NCBI GenBank assembly: GCA_965113315.1 | Contig: OZ220365.1 | From: Podarcis vaucheri | Taxonomy: Eukaryota | Length of the DNA stretch: 64,000 bases | Strand: one strand, 5' to 3' | The notes under the pieces: model-generated | The model's input: only the letters and a program-made list of their open reading frames with translations | Database searches by the model: none | What the model was told of the DNA's origin: nothing | Program-made: the position numbers and the translations under genes | Part shown: one piece after another, positions 1 to 11,500 of the stretch | How positions within the stretch are numbered: the stretch's first letter is position 1 | Layout of the letters: every line of letters starts with the position of its first letter

Positions 1-57
1 CCCCCCACATCATGTGGTCCTGCCCGGATCCATCCCCCTTGCCCGCCCGCTCCTCAC

Positions 58-120
58 CTTCGGGTTGGTTCCTGGCTCTTAGCTCCGGTTGCTGCTTCTC
101 CCAGCTCTTACAGCTCGGTG
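58..120 (-). other. ACTA1: ACTA1 non-coding exon 1 (5' UTR); the rest of the gene lies left of the window; TSS approximate
   Basis: Minus strand reads TATATAAAA (152-144), then ~60 nt without ATG ending at donor AAG|GTGAG (GT at 57-56). The promoter motifs and the position downstream of NUP133 match skeletal alpha-actin. Confidence 0.8.
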
Positions 121-345
121 GGCTTGCGAGGAAGCCCGGTGGGTTTTATATAGGCTCCCGGCCGGGCTCTTCCCTCCCTTGCCGCCGACCCACAGGAATG
201 TCTCCATATTTGGGTGTCGGGCACCGAGCGAGCCCGGGCGGCCTGGCCGGAGCCCCCCAGGCCCCTTGCGCTGCCGCGGGGCTGCCCAAAGAAGGAGCGC
301 CTGGCCCGCGCCCAGGTAACACGGGCCGGGCCGTATAAGGAGTGT
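121..345 (-). promoter_or_regulatory. ACTA1: Skeletal alpha-actin proximal promoter: TATA, M-CAT (TEAD) site, three CArG/SRE boxes
   Basis: Minus strand: TATA 144-152; CATTCCT 194-200; CCAAATATGG 204-213 in the context CCCGACACCCAAATATGG; CCTTCTTTGG 286-295; CCTTATACGG 331-340. Order and sequence match the classical ACTA1 SRE1-3 layout. Confidence 0.88.
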
Positions 346-2639
346 CTGCCGGCCGGGACCTCCTCCGCCCCCCGGGCCAGGAGGGCTCCTGTCCCAAATA
401 GTCCCCCGAGCCGCCAGGCCCTGAAAGGAGAAAGAAGCCCCCGGCTCGGGGAGGGGGGTGCCGGGCGGGCAGGCCCCGGGAAGGAGGGGAGGAAGGAAGG
501 AAAAGGGGGAGGAAGGAAACGGCCCGGGGCTGAGGGCGGGAGGGGAGGCGAGGCTGCGGCCTACGCGCCTGTCCAGCCCGCCGCGTTTCCCTCTCGGCCG
601 CGCCGGGAAGGAGCTGGCCAGCAGCGGACCCCCCTCGCTCAGCCTCGTCCCGCCTGCCGAGCGGGAAGGGGAATTGGCCAGCAAACAGGCCTGCTTTGTT
701 CAATAGGCTTTACTCCCAGGTAAGTCAGGGCGGGCCAGGACTCGGAGCAGGGCCGTCTTAGCTGCTCGGGGCGCCCAAGATAGGTTTGGACCCGTGCTAA
801 ACTCAAGTACTTTTTACTGTAAGGGTTGCATTCAGCGAGTGTGTAACCTGCATACGCAGTTGTACCGACTTGTTCACGTGTACACTCTTTCACATACGCT
901 TGTACCTGTGTTCGGTGCAAGGTGTGAACAAGGCTGGGGTCAACCTGTGCATGCTTACTCGGAAGGAACTCATTCCCTTTTATCTCAGACTAATGCTACT
1001 TTTTAGAGCTCTTGTATCACATCTCTTCATTCAGGATCAATTATTGTGGTCTAGGGCTCATTCATAAGATCACACGCTTTTGTTGTGGGTTAATTTTAAT
1101 CCGATGTAGGGCACATTTCAGGAACTCGCATTCTTCCAGTATAGGATGCTAAGATCACATTGGGAGAAGGAATGGAAGCAAATGGGTTTATTGTACAGGA
1201 AAGTGTTTAAAATTGAATTAGGACACATACAGAAAATCTCTCTTGATCTGCTCTGTCTACCCCAGAATTACTGTACCTCTTGTGTTTGCAGTGGCAAACA
1301 ATGCCATGTTACTAACAAAGACATTATGAGATGGATTTTTTTTACTGAAATCAATGATTTGCTTCTAAGTATTTGGATCAGGGAGGTATCACAGGAAAAA
1401 CATATTAATTAGCAGGCTGGTTCAAGGTGTTATCGGTTGCTAGAGCTCGGCATAGTTGAACCACATTCACAAAATACAACATACTGTATACAGTGAAGGG
1501 AACAAGTATAAAACCATTTTACATCTCTGTCCTCACTGGACTGTGTGGCTATTGAAATGTGATCTTTCACTGCAAGTTTTGTATAGATTGTCATGTCTAA
1601 TCTGTACTAATTAGCAGTTTATTAAACTCCAGCTGTGTGAACTAAATCAATATTTACCAACGTTTACATGTGAAAAACAGTTTTACATGAGGAATTAGGA
1701 TGTGCCCTAGACAATCATGGCCGAACTGGGCTGATAATCTAGGCCTCTCCCTTCTGGCTGGCAACACCAGTTCTCAAGATATATGCCAGTTAAATGGGGC
1801 TGTCAGGTAGACTGGAGCACAGTGAAGTCTATTTCCATGCAAGATTGTATGAGAAAAGCTTATTGAAAGCCTTGTACAAGATCAGCTCAGAAACAAATCA
1901 GGAGAGACGTCAAAGGAATTTGTTATTGGGGTAGGGGAGCTCCTAACCTTTTTCTCTACAATTCAAAATGCTGTGCAAAATCAGTTTTATATATAGAGGA
2001 TGATAAATATCTAAGGGTCTGGCTAGCTGCCAGACTACACTGAACAGTTACCATACACCATGGGCCCTGCTGCACTTTAGGCTATTTATACCACTTGGGT
2101 ACACTGACTTAAAAAAAAAAAAATCTAAAGAGATTCATATCTAGTTATGGTCATGGAGGTGGTTAATGGCAGTTTTGGGATTGGAGAAAGGGTGGAAGTC
2201 CAGTCCCCTTTAGGATGAGCCAGGGCACCAGCCACTTATGGAGAGGACTGGACTGAACAGATACCTTAGGAGGACAGTACAAACACCCTGCCAAAAGTAA
2301 GAGGAAGTAACAGCTATACTTGCAGCCCTTCGAATAGACGCTGATTATTTTCAAGAACTTTGCAGGCAGGACTGAACCAAGTCAATATTGTAACTTTAAA
2401 TTATGTAAAAACAAATGTATTTGCTAACCATGGGAATATTACAATCATCATCAGCATTTATTTGTCACTTTCTACACAAAGAGTGACTCAAAGCAACAAG
2501 ATTAACAAACATTTAAAAAATACATCAAGAAAATGCAACAAAAGTGCACATTTTATGTAAAAAGTATTCATCCAACAATACTGCTGGGGAAAAAGCCTCC
2601 CCTGCCAAATAAAACCCCTAAATCAGACTCTAGTATGAT

Positions 2640-2970
2640 CCTATTTAACAACTTAAAAGCCTAGGTGAACAACAATGCTTTGCCTAGCTTCTGAAAGTTG
2701 ACAATGACAATGCCAGATATGTTTCCCTAGAAAAAGCATTCTACAAATGGCAACAACACTGGACAAACCCATTCTTTTAAAATAATTTTTATTGAGTTTT
2801 GCTTTACATACATACACAGAAAAATTCTTGCCTTGCCACCTACCACACATCTTGTGGTAGGGGAGAGGTTGGGCACACAGAGAAGGACGTCTGATGGTAT
2901 TAGCAGGATCTGGGTAGGTTCCGATGGAGATGCAGTCCTTAAGATATCGGGGTCCCAAACTGACAACCAA
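2640..2970 (-). mobile_element. Degenerate L2-like 3' fragment
   Basis: AAAAGCCTAGG...CAGTCCTTAAGATATCGGGGTCCCAAACTG; boundaries approximate. Confidence 0.4.
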
Positions 2971-5816
2971 TGCAGTCAGATATGCTTTGACTGCCTGGTT
3001 CCAGTCAACAATTGGCTGCTGAATTCTGCACTAGCTGTAGTTTCTGAATGCTTTTCAAAGGAAGCCCCAAGTGTGTTGCAGCAATCAGAGGTTTCCTGAG
3101 AGGTTAACAGTGTCTTTATAGCAGAGGTTGGCAGGTTGTAGGCAACAAGTGAGGGTAAGATGCAATATGGAACACTGAAGCCTAGTCCCATTCCTCCATT
3201 GCAACTTCTAAGCTCCCCCTGTAGCACATCCAACTGGAGATTTCACCAGCCATTGTGCACATGCTTGTTTAAACCTGTTTTCACAATCATCAAGACTCAC
3301 TAGGAAATTGGTTACGGAATCATAGCCTTTTAAGAGTTGTAAGGCACCTTGGAGATCTTATAGTCCTACTGCCTGCATGATTGCAGATGACACACCATTA
3401 TGTCCCTTGCTGTAATTTGGTGACACTGGTAGCATGTTTTCATTACTGGCTAAACTACAGGCATTCACAACAGCAATAGGACAAAGACCCACTCTGACGG
3501 CAAGCACCCAGTTTTGTACATTTGGACTCGTACATGTGAAAAAAACACATATATTTAGGGGTGAGGAATGTTTTTCAGCTCAAGGACTGCATTCCCTCCT
3601 GGGCATGTTCCATGTTCCAAATGCCACATGGCAGTGGTGGGTGGGGCTAGGGGCAAATGAGGGTGGAACAACCCATGTAAATTTTACTTTTATACAGTAG
3701 ACTAGTCTCTACACACCCACACCCACCCACCTCTCTGTTCTCCATGCAGGCAAGGTATTATTGGAGTTCAAGGCAAAAACACTCGAGGGTGCCAAGAAGG
3801 ACATGTGAGGGACAGGGTCTTAGTGGGGAGGGCATGGGGTGGGGGGAAGACCAGATAGAGAAACCTGGGAGGACTGCATTGGGACCCTGTCCCTGCAGTC
3901 CGCCACCCCAATATGTAAGATTTAAAGACACCATAATCTCACATTGAAATTACGCCATGGCCTAATTTGATATGTGCACATTGCATGGTTAGTTGTACTT
4001 GTGTTAGGCAAAATAATAGTAATTCAGGATTTCCCATGTATCTTTTAGAACGGAAATGCACATGTATATACTTTTGCATTTTCAAAGTGAAGGAAGTACG
4101 GGACTTTGGACCTTCATCCCCTTCAACCTTACTGAAGACATTCTCTGTAAAAAAACCAATGCTTCATTTGTAGTTCTGGTTAGAAAGTGAGGCCATCTGT
4201 GTCCCTTATAATACCCCAAACTGCTTTAAACAACAATATACACTAATTAGGTTGGATTATGTATCTGAATTGCATTCCACTGTGATGCTATGATCCACTG
4301 CACTTAAATTGTGTTAATCTGTATGTAAAATAGACATTTCTAAATGTTCACATCTGGAAACATTTAAATAGGGTTGTATCCTATAAAGTTTTTTTGCTGG
4401 TGCTGGAACTTCCACTTGTGTAACAGAACTTCCTCCCTCCAATCCCTGTGTGCTTCCCAAATCTCTTTTGGGGAGTTCCCTTGATCCTATGGAGCATATT
4501 AGAGAAGAGGGAGGGGAAATCTCACGGTGGGAACAAGTCCAGGTGGGAACAGGATGACTTGGATACAACCCACAGTTCTTGAGCCATACCACTAAAAGCA
4601 GTAAATTCTTCCCATGCGGTTTATTACATATCATTCCAGAACATGATTTTTGGAAGCATCTATATCTCAAGAGTAGGGAATAGGTGATAAGACCTGCACC
4701 CATCATATAGTCTGTGTGTCAAAAATTTGTTATGTTACTAACAGTGCCATCCAATATATATCCACTCAGAATATTTTTATACCCACTGAAATTAAATGGG
4801 ATTTATTCTCTAGAGAGTGGGTATAAAACTGCAGCCTGGTGGAACTCTTTACTGTATGTTTTGATATAGTTATTTGAAGCATCCCAACCAGCATTCTGTG
4901 CAAATTTACTTTATATTAACAGCATTTATGCAAATCTCACAAGAAACCTCTAAATTTCAGTTGTTAAGAGATTATAGTTACCTTGTTCTGAACGTATCTA
5001 GTCTTACAAGTTTGTCATAATACATGTCAGTGCATGCATGCTCAAACTTCAAGCAGACACATTTGGGCAGCTCTAACTGGTGCATTATTAATTTCTACAG
5101 ACACTATGCTTGAGAGTGGCTTGTGCCAAAATGAAACATTGGTTCATATGCTGCCTCCTCTTCTACTCTGCTGGATATGTGGATAGATGGTGCAGGGGTG
5201 ACCGAAACTAAGTTTGGGGTGCACAATCCCAATTTTGTTCATTTATGCATGTTTTGGGTGTTCTTGGCAACACCTGCAAGTGTGTTGCACCCAGAGCCGG
5301 GCCTGATACACTGCTGAGGTGTCTTACAGATGCAACTCCCCTGGAGTTTTGGATTCGTGATGTGGGATGGCCCAAGTTTATCATGAGGCATAAATCCCCT
5401 CTTGTGTATTGAATTCTAATCTTAAGATTGTAAACTTGCAGGGAGGTTCTCAGTTCTATATTCTATACAGCCTCTTATCACGCTCCCTCCCCCAAGCACT
5501 TAAGAATGAATGAACATGTGGAGCCTGCAACAAGTGGAATTTGTTGCAGTGGAAAGTGTTGCTGTCTAGGGTTCCAGCCGTGCCTCTTCTCAGATACCCC
5601 ATTCCCTGTCCCATTCATTTCCCACAAGTCAGCCAGCATCCTGTGGCTACTGTCCATGCTCAGAGCTTTATTGAGTCCCTTATTTTTTATATATTTCTGC
5701 AAGCCATGGGATTTCCCCAAGCTGGCTGATATGCCTTTCTTCAGCATGGGTGATGACATTTTACTGGACAGGGATCCACACTCAGAAAATGAAGTTGCTT
5801 TTAACATACGGGATTA

Positions 5817-6030
5817 CAGGCAACCTCCCATTTACACACTTTCAATATGTGCACGGCCGTGCATATGTGCATTGGACTGAACCTGGAAGCGACCAAAAAA
5901 CATCACAAAAAGGGATGGGGGCGGAATGGGGTGTTTGCAGGCTTTTCCAATGGCATTTCAAATATACACTATTTCACTGAAACGTGTGGTGCCTTGGAAC
6001 ATAACCCTTGCATAAATGGGGAGTTGCCTG
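5817..6030. mobile_element. Older Tigger/pogo-like MITE
   Basis: TA-CAGGCAACCTCCCATTTA...TAAATGGGGAGTTGCCTG-TA. Confidence 0.7.
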
Positions 6031-8364
6031 TATTATAATTTGTTACCTGCACTCAGATTGTTAACGTTGATCATACCAACCAAGCTACAGAACATAAAAG
6101 CAGACTTTGTGATCTTCAGTTATGCAAACTTCTGACACAATGTTGCCTTATGATGCATGTCCTTTTACAAATATCCATGCCAACAGTATATAAACTAAAT
6201 GCAAAAAATGACTAAACACCAGTTTTTCTGCTCTCTCCAAGCAAGTGGTCATTTCCGTTGTAAACATTCTTAGGGATTAGGATGTAGGAAGATAGGCATG
6301 AAGGATTAAACTAATATTTTGTTAGTACTCAGCTATAACAGAGACAAGGCAGGTCAAATTCCAGCAACGAGAGCTGGTCTAAGAGTAAAGCCGATCTCCA
6401 TAGGAGAAATTGCTGTAGGTTCTCAAGTCTGTCTAGATGAAAGTAACAACTTTACACCCTTGCCTATTGCTTTAAATCATAGAATGTTTTCAGAAGAGTC
6501 ATTTGTAAGGTGCAACATTAAAACAAACTGCCACGTTTGATAGTTATCTCACATACTAATCCATCTTTTCCACTCAGCTAAATAACTTACCGATTAAAAC
6601 ATCCTGTAGAAATGAATTTCCCCAATTCAGTAGAGCTGATCAGTATAATGTGCTGCAAATGTTGCCCTTTTTTGTAATATCAGTGGATTGATATTGAAGA
6701 AATACATATAATCTCCAGTAAGAGGAATTCATATTATTGATAAATCTTCCAAAGGTATTCTGTGGGTATATTCAGATGACCCATTTTATCATCACATAGT
6801 TAGTTCTTGCAATTGCCATTCACTAGATTCATATGGGAAGGCTGCAAACCCATGCTTACAGAAGCCAAACTCTCAAACAAAATCCATTCCCTAGCCCTGC
6901 GATCTTTAAGCAAGGTGACTCCCCACTGGGTATCAACATCAACAGTGATGCACTAAAACATAATGGAATTACTCTTCCTGATTTCACACTTGTGAAGACT
7001 GTAACCCTATGCACACCTTCATGGGAGTAAGCTCATGTGAGACTTGCTTTTGAGTAAACTTGCAGAGGATGGGGCTTACAAAAACTCTATGAGCAACATA
7101 CTCTCACCAAATGTATTTTGGTCAATAAACAGTGACATGGGATGGGGGAACCTCCAATTGACTCTGAGGTCTTCAGACAGCTGTAACAGAATTTCCAGCT
7201 GATGAGGGTTAAGCAGCACTCGTCAGTGTTAAATACAACAAAGCAAGCTAAATGGGTTTTAGAGACAACAGGAGGGAAATTCTAGCAGAACCTTCAGTCC
7301 ATATTACCAGACATAAAGCCAAGGAGTAAAGTCTAGGGAGAGAAATAGCTTCATTTTATCACTATCCATTTTAAGTCGTATTTTTAACTCCATTATTCTC
7401 TAGATAAATACCCAAGATACTCTACTTAATTATTGCTATCAAGTACACTGAGCCCCTCTCTGCTATGCAGAACTTTCGATCTATTTCCAGTGGTGCTAAT
7501 GCATTTCTTTTCTACATTGGTTTGAACATGTCCAGATAAGTCTATTTTTCCGAACACATTCAGCTCCTCCGCTCTTAGCGCCGTATTAGCACAGCAAGAA
7601 GGGAAGCCATGGAATGATAGCAGGGCTTTTAAAACTAGAAATTGGACTCTCTTCAACTGATTTAACTTATGACCTTCTCAGCTGTTGGATCAAGTTCTTC
7701 TAATAGGCATTTAGCCAAGGCATAAAGTAAAATGTGAGGAGAGGCAACTTGCTTTGCAGTCAATCTGTGCATGCTTAGCAGTCTGTAAGAAAGATTCTCC
7801 CGTGACATTTGTCAGATTAAAGCCACTAAGACTAATAAAAAGTTAGCTATCTACTCAAAGCATTAGAATGTATAAATTCTGTGGATTGTACAGCAACCCA
7901 GCAACTCAAAACAGCCTGGTATCAAACAGAGAAGAGACTCTTCCAAGAGTGGCAGGCAGAGAACAGCTTTCTAGTCTTCGTGCCCTTACCTAGATGGTAG
8001 TAGAACGTGATACCGCTTTGTGGTGAGACCAAAACTTTCATTATTTATGTATAAAGTATCTGTGGACCTGCAGTGTGTTTGTAACTGAATAAAAAGCATT
8101 CTTCAGGATAAGATTGAAAATTGGATGGATTATATTCATTTACTTACAGAAGCAGAGCACAAGTCAGAAGTTGGATTACTGAAGCAAGAGGAGATGTCTG
8201 TTCCAAACCATGTTTTAAAGCTTATCTTGAGAGTGCACAGAACAGTTTTCTTAAGCTTTGTAAGTTTTTGTCTTTGTCAGGTGGAAAGGCCACCAAACCT
8301 TCTAGATACTCAATGAATTCTTTACCATTTTAAAGACGGACATGTTCTTAGTTAACATAAAGAT

Positions 8365-8370
8365 TTTATT
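8365..8370 (-). terminator. Probable NUP133 polyadenylation signal AATAAA
   Basis: TTTATT on the plus strand, ~70 nt downstream of the stop codon. Confidence 0.6.
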
Positions 8371-8441
8371 GCAAAAATTTTTTTAAAAGTGTACAAAAAC
8401 TTCATTCTTTAGAAATGGTCTTTCTAAAATTCAGAATTCTC

Positions 8442-8578
8442 TCAGGTCTGCCTATAGACATAAAGTTCGTAATTTGCTTTAAGTACGAATTCTAAGTACG
8501 GTTTGCATGTTAAGTGTTCAAGTTCATCTGCTTGCATTAAGTCTTTTACCCCAGGTAGATATTCGCTGAGCTGAATTC
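8442..8578 (-). CDS. NUP133: NUP133 exon 26 (coding part)
   Basis: [19 protein letters not shown]...[17 protein letters not shown] (TGA). Confidence 0.93.
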
Positions 8579-11500
8579 CTAAAACAGAAAGAAGTTATTA
8601 GCTACTGTAAACTATAAACGTTGAGTGATCATTGAAATGCGTACCTACATTTCAGAATAACTTGTCTAGGCCTGGGATACAGTGATAATTTTTCCAAGCA
8701 CTATCATCAATGGGTAAGTTTTATTTTCAAACCACATTTGGCAATTCCTTTCTGCCCTTAGCAAACACCATGCCTTATTTTCAATTTTGCCTGCTGTGTT
8801 TATATCTTGACTACTAATGATATTAACACCATTTGATGTAAATATATGTAAGCAGAGAACTCACAAAACTTATTTCTGAGCTTATTTCACACAACAACAT
8901 CTACCTTCTTTGAACAGCTTTTGTAGAATTTTCACAAATATGCTGTCTTTAGATGCTTCAATTGGATCATCTTTGCCTTCTGAACTACACCAACTGTAAC
9001 CAAAAAATAAAAGTTAGTACAAATAGTATATATATTTTAAAAAACAAATATATACAGTATTAAATCAGAATCCCCAGTGTCACTTTGTGTGTATTTTGAT
9101 TATTTGCAGTTATTGTGTATCCTTTACTCAATTTCACATCTTTCAAGGCTGTACAGTATTAAGAATGCTAAAATGTATACTCTACTTGACAAAGATTAAA
9201 GTAAAAAAATAGTAATTATATGTGCCTCACAATGGATAAAATTTTTGTTACAACTAATAAGCTGCACTTTCAAATACTGCAGGATATATACATAGAGGTG
9301 TTAGTACTGGGCTGTACCCTGTAGTGGGATTAGCAAACAATTTTTCAGAGTGGCCTATGCCACAGAAAGAGACTTATCAAGTATTAGAAATGGTGTGCAG
9401 TTTGCACAACCAGCTTTTTTATTTCAATATACCTTCCGATTCAGTGTTGTTGCATTATACAAACAGCATCCATGCCCCAAAACATTGTCAATGGAGGAAA
9501 TTTCCTATTAGCACATTAACTCAACTATCAGTCTTAATCTGCCCTATAAGAAGGTTTTCAGAAGTGTCTCATTTGCAGGATGCTGGACCAAGAGAACTCT
9601 GAAATCATGTTTAGCGTTCCATTTCAATACAATCAATAAATCCATTTAGCATGTCTTTCAGTAATGCATTTTTTAAAGCATTGTCAAAACCTTTGCAGAA
9701 AGAAGACCTTCCTTAATTTCCCTTGCCACTACCATTTACTGTAAGAATTTCCTAGGCAGGTGAAAATGGATGCGTTAAACAACTAAGCATGCTGGGAAAA
9801 GGATCTATTTCCCTACAACTTCCTTTGCCTTTCTATTCACTACTTCACCTTCATCAGGAGGGCACAAAATGTAAGAGAGAAACACAGTCCACTACCATAT
9901 TAGGAAGTCACCAAGTGTTCCCCACAAGCCTCAGGGTACTACCCAAGAATTCAGTTGCCATATATAGCTATGAAGCAGGGATGCATAAAGGATTATGCAC
10001 AATTATGCACATTCCTGAAGAACAGGTAGTTCAAAGTGTCCAATGCAATGATCTGAAGATGCATCAAAACTCAAGATGACATATTCTCATGAATAAGGAT
10101 TATTCTTGCATAGCTATTTTATCTAAAGCTCAATCAATTGGGCATATCTATTGAAATGCTAAACATGCTATTCAAATGAAGATCAGTTTCCAACAAATGT
10201 TTCGGCTGCCAACTTGGATATCAAACCTTGACAGATTTATATTTAACTTTGTTCGCTCAGAGTTTATATACTATTTGTGCATAGTGATCCCTGTTCAGTG
10301 AATCCTTAAATTGTTCTCAGTATAGTAGGAGAAATAATTAACTCCAAAATCCTAAACATTCCATGAAGTTAGAGAGAACTGACTTCTGAGTAAACCTGCA
10401 CAGACTGGGCTTCGAAGGGGTTCACAGATTTCTTTAGTGTTCGGAATAAGTGTACCTCAGATATTTACTCAAACGTCTGAAGGTAGAAACAGCAGCTTAG
10501 TCTTGCAAAGACTTGGGGATTTAGCCAGCTAAGCAAGTTTGAAACACAGTGTTGATTTATTCCATCATTTATGCTTTAGAGACTGAGTATTGTTTTAGAA
10601 ACGGACTAGTTTTTGAAAATTAAAAGGTGGGATATGGGCGTTTTCATTTGTCATAGGGGCTGTCTGGAACAACCTGCAAACAGGCATGTTCTAAACACCA
10701 CCTGACACAAATACAAAAACACACACCTTCAATTGTCTCTTGATTTAGAGCCAATAACGTTTAGTTCAAATGCTATTGTAACTGCAGGCAATTCCTTAAA
10801 TGGAACATGTAGAATAGGCCACACACAGCCTCCTGGGCCACTCCATTTGGCCCACTGGCCTCTCCTCCCATGCCCTGCCCACACTGCAGCACCATTTTCC
10901 CACTACTTGGTTGTTTCTGCCAACCAGCTAAGTAGTGAGGTGTGGCAGGTCATGAAACCCAAGTTCTCACCCCTGGTGCCCAAGTGATCAGTGATGGCTG
11001 AGTTGCAGGAAAGAGGGGGAACAGCTGCAGAGGCCTGCTGCTGAGGGAGAAATAAATCTCTCTATCGGAAGCCTGCTATGTTTCCATGTTGTGCCCTTAA
11101 GAGAAAGACGCCTGTTTCGAAGCATGTAGTATGGAACACAAGCAAGCTGTCAATGGGGAAAGATATTTGACCCCACCCACTACTGGCCTGTGGTTCCTCC
11201 AGATTCCCCCATGATGGAAAGTGGCTCTAGGGCTGGGAAAGGTTTACTACCCATGATGTAGCATATTACCATGAAGAAAATGCAATCAGCAATCATCTGA
11301 AGTGTAAAAGAAATGTACCACTGCTGTGCCGTTGGCCAGAGAACCAAAAACAGATGGCTTGGCATAATAGTTAAGAGATTCTAGTTGCCCACAGTTCAAG
11401 TCTCAGCCCTGCCAAAACCTGTTGGGTATCCTTAGGTAATCTTAATTTAGCCCCCCATCTGAAACAGGAGGGGAATTATTAGCTTCTCTGAGGGCTGCTG

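Larger units (their letters stand above)
1..790. promoter_or_regulatory. CpG island at the ACTA1 5' end
   Basis: Very GC- and CpG-rich stretch that changes to AT-rich DNA after ~800. Confidence 0.8.

Noticed and set aside
12-723. Multiple overlapping 76-201 aa ORFs on both strands
   Set aside because: Stop-poor GC-rich CpG island of the ACTA1 promoter; low-complexity Pro/Gly/Arg translations with no recognisable domain.
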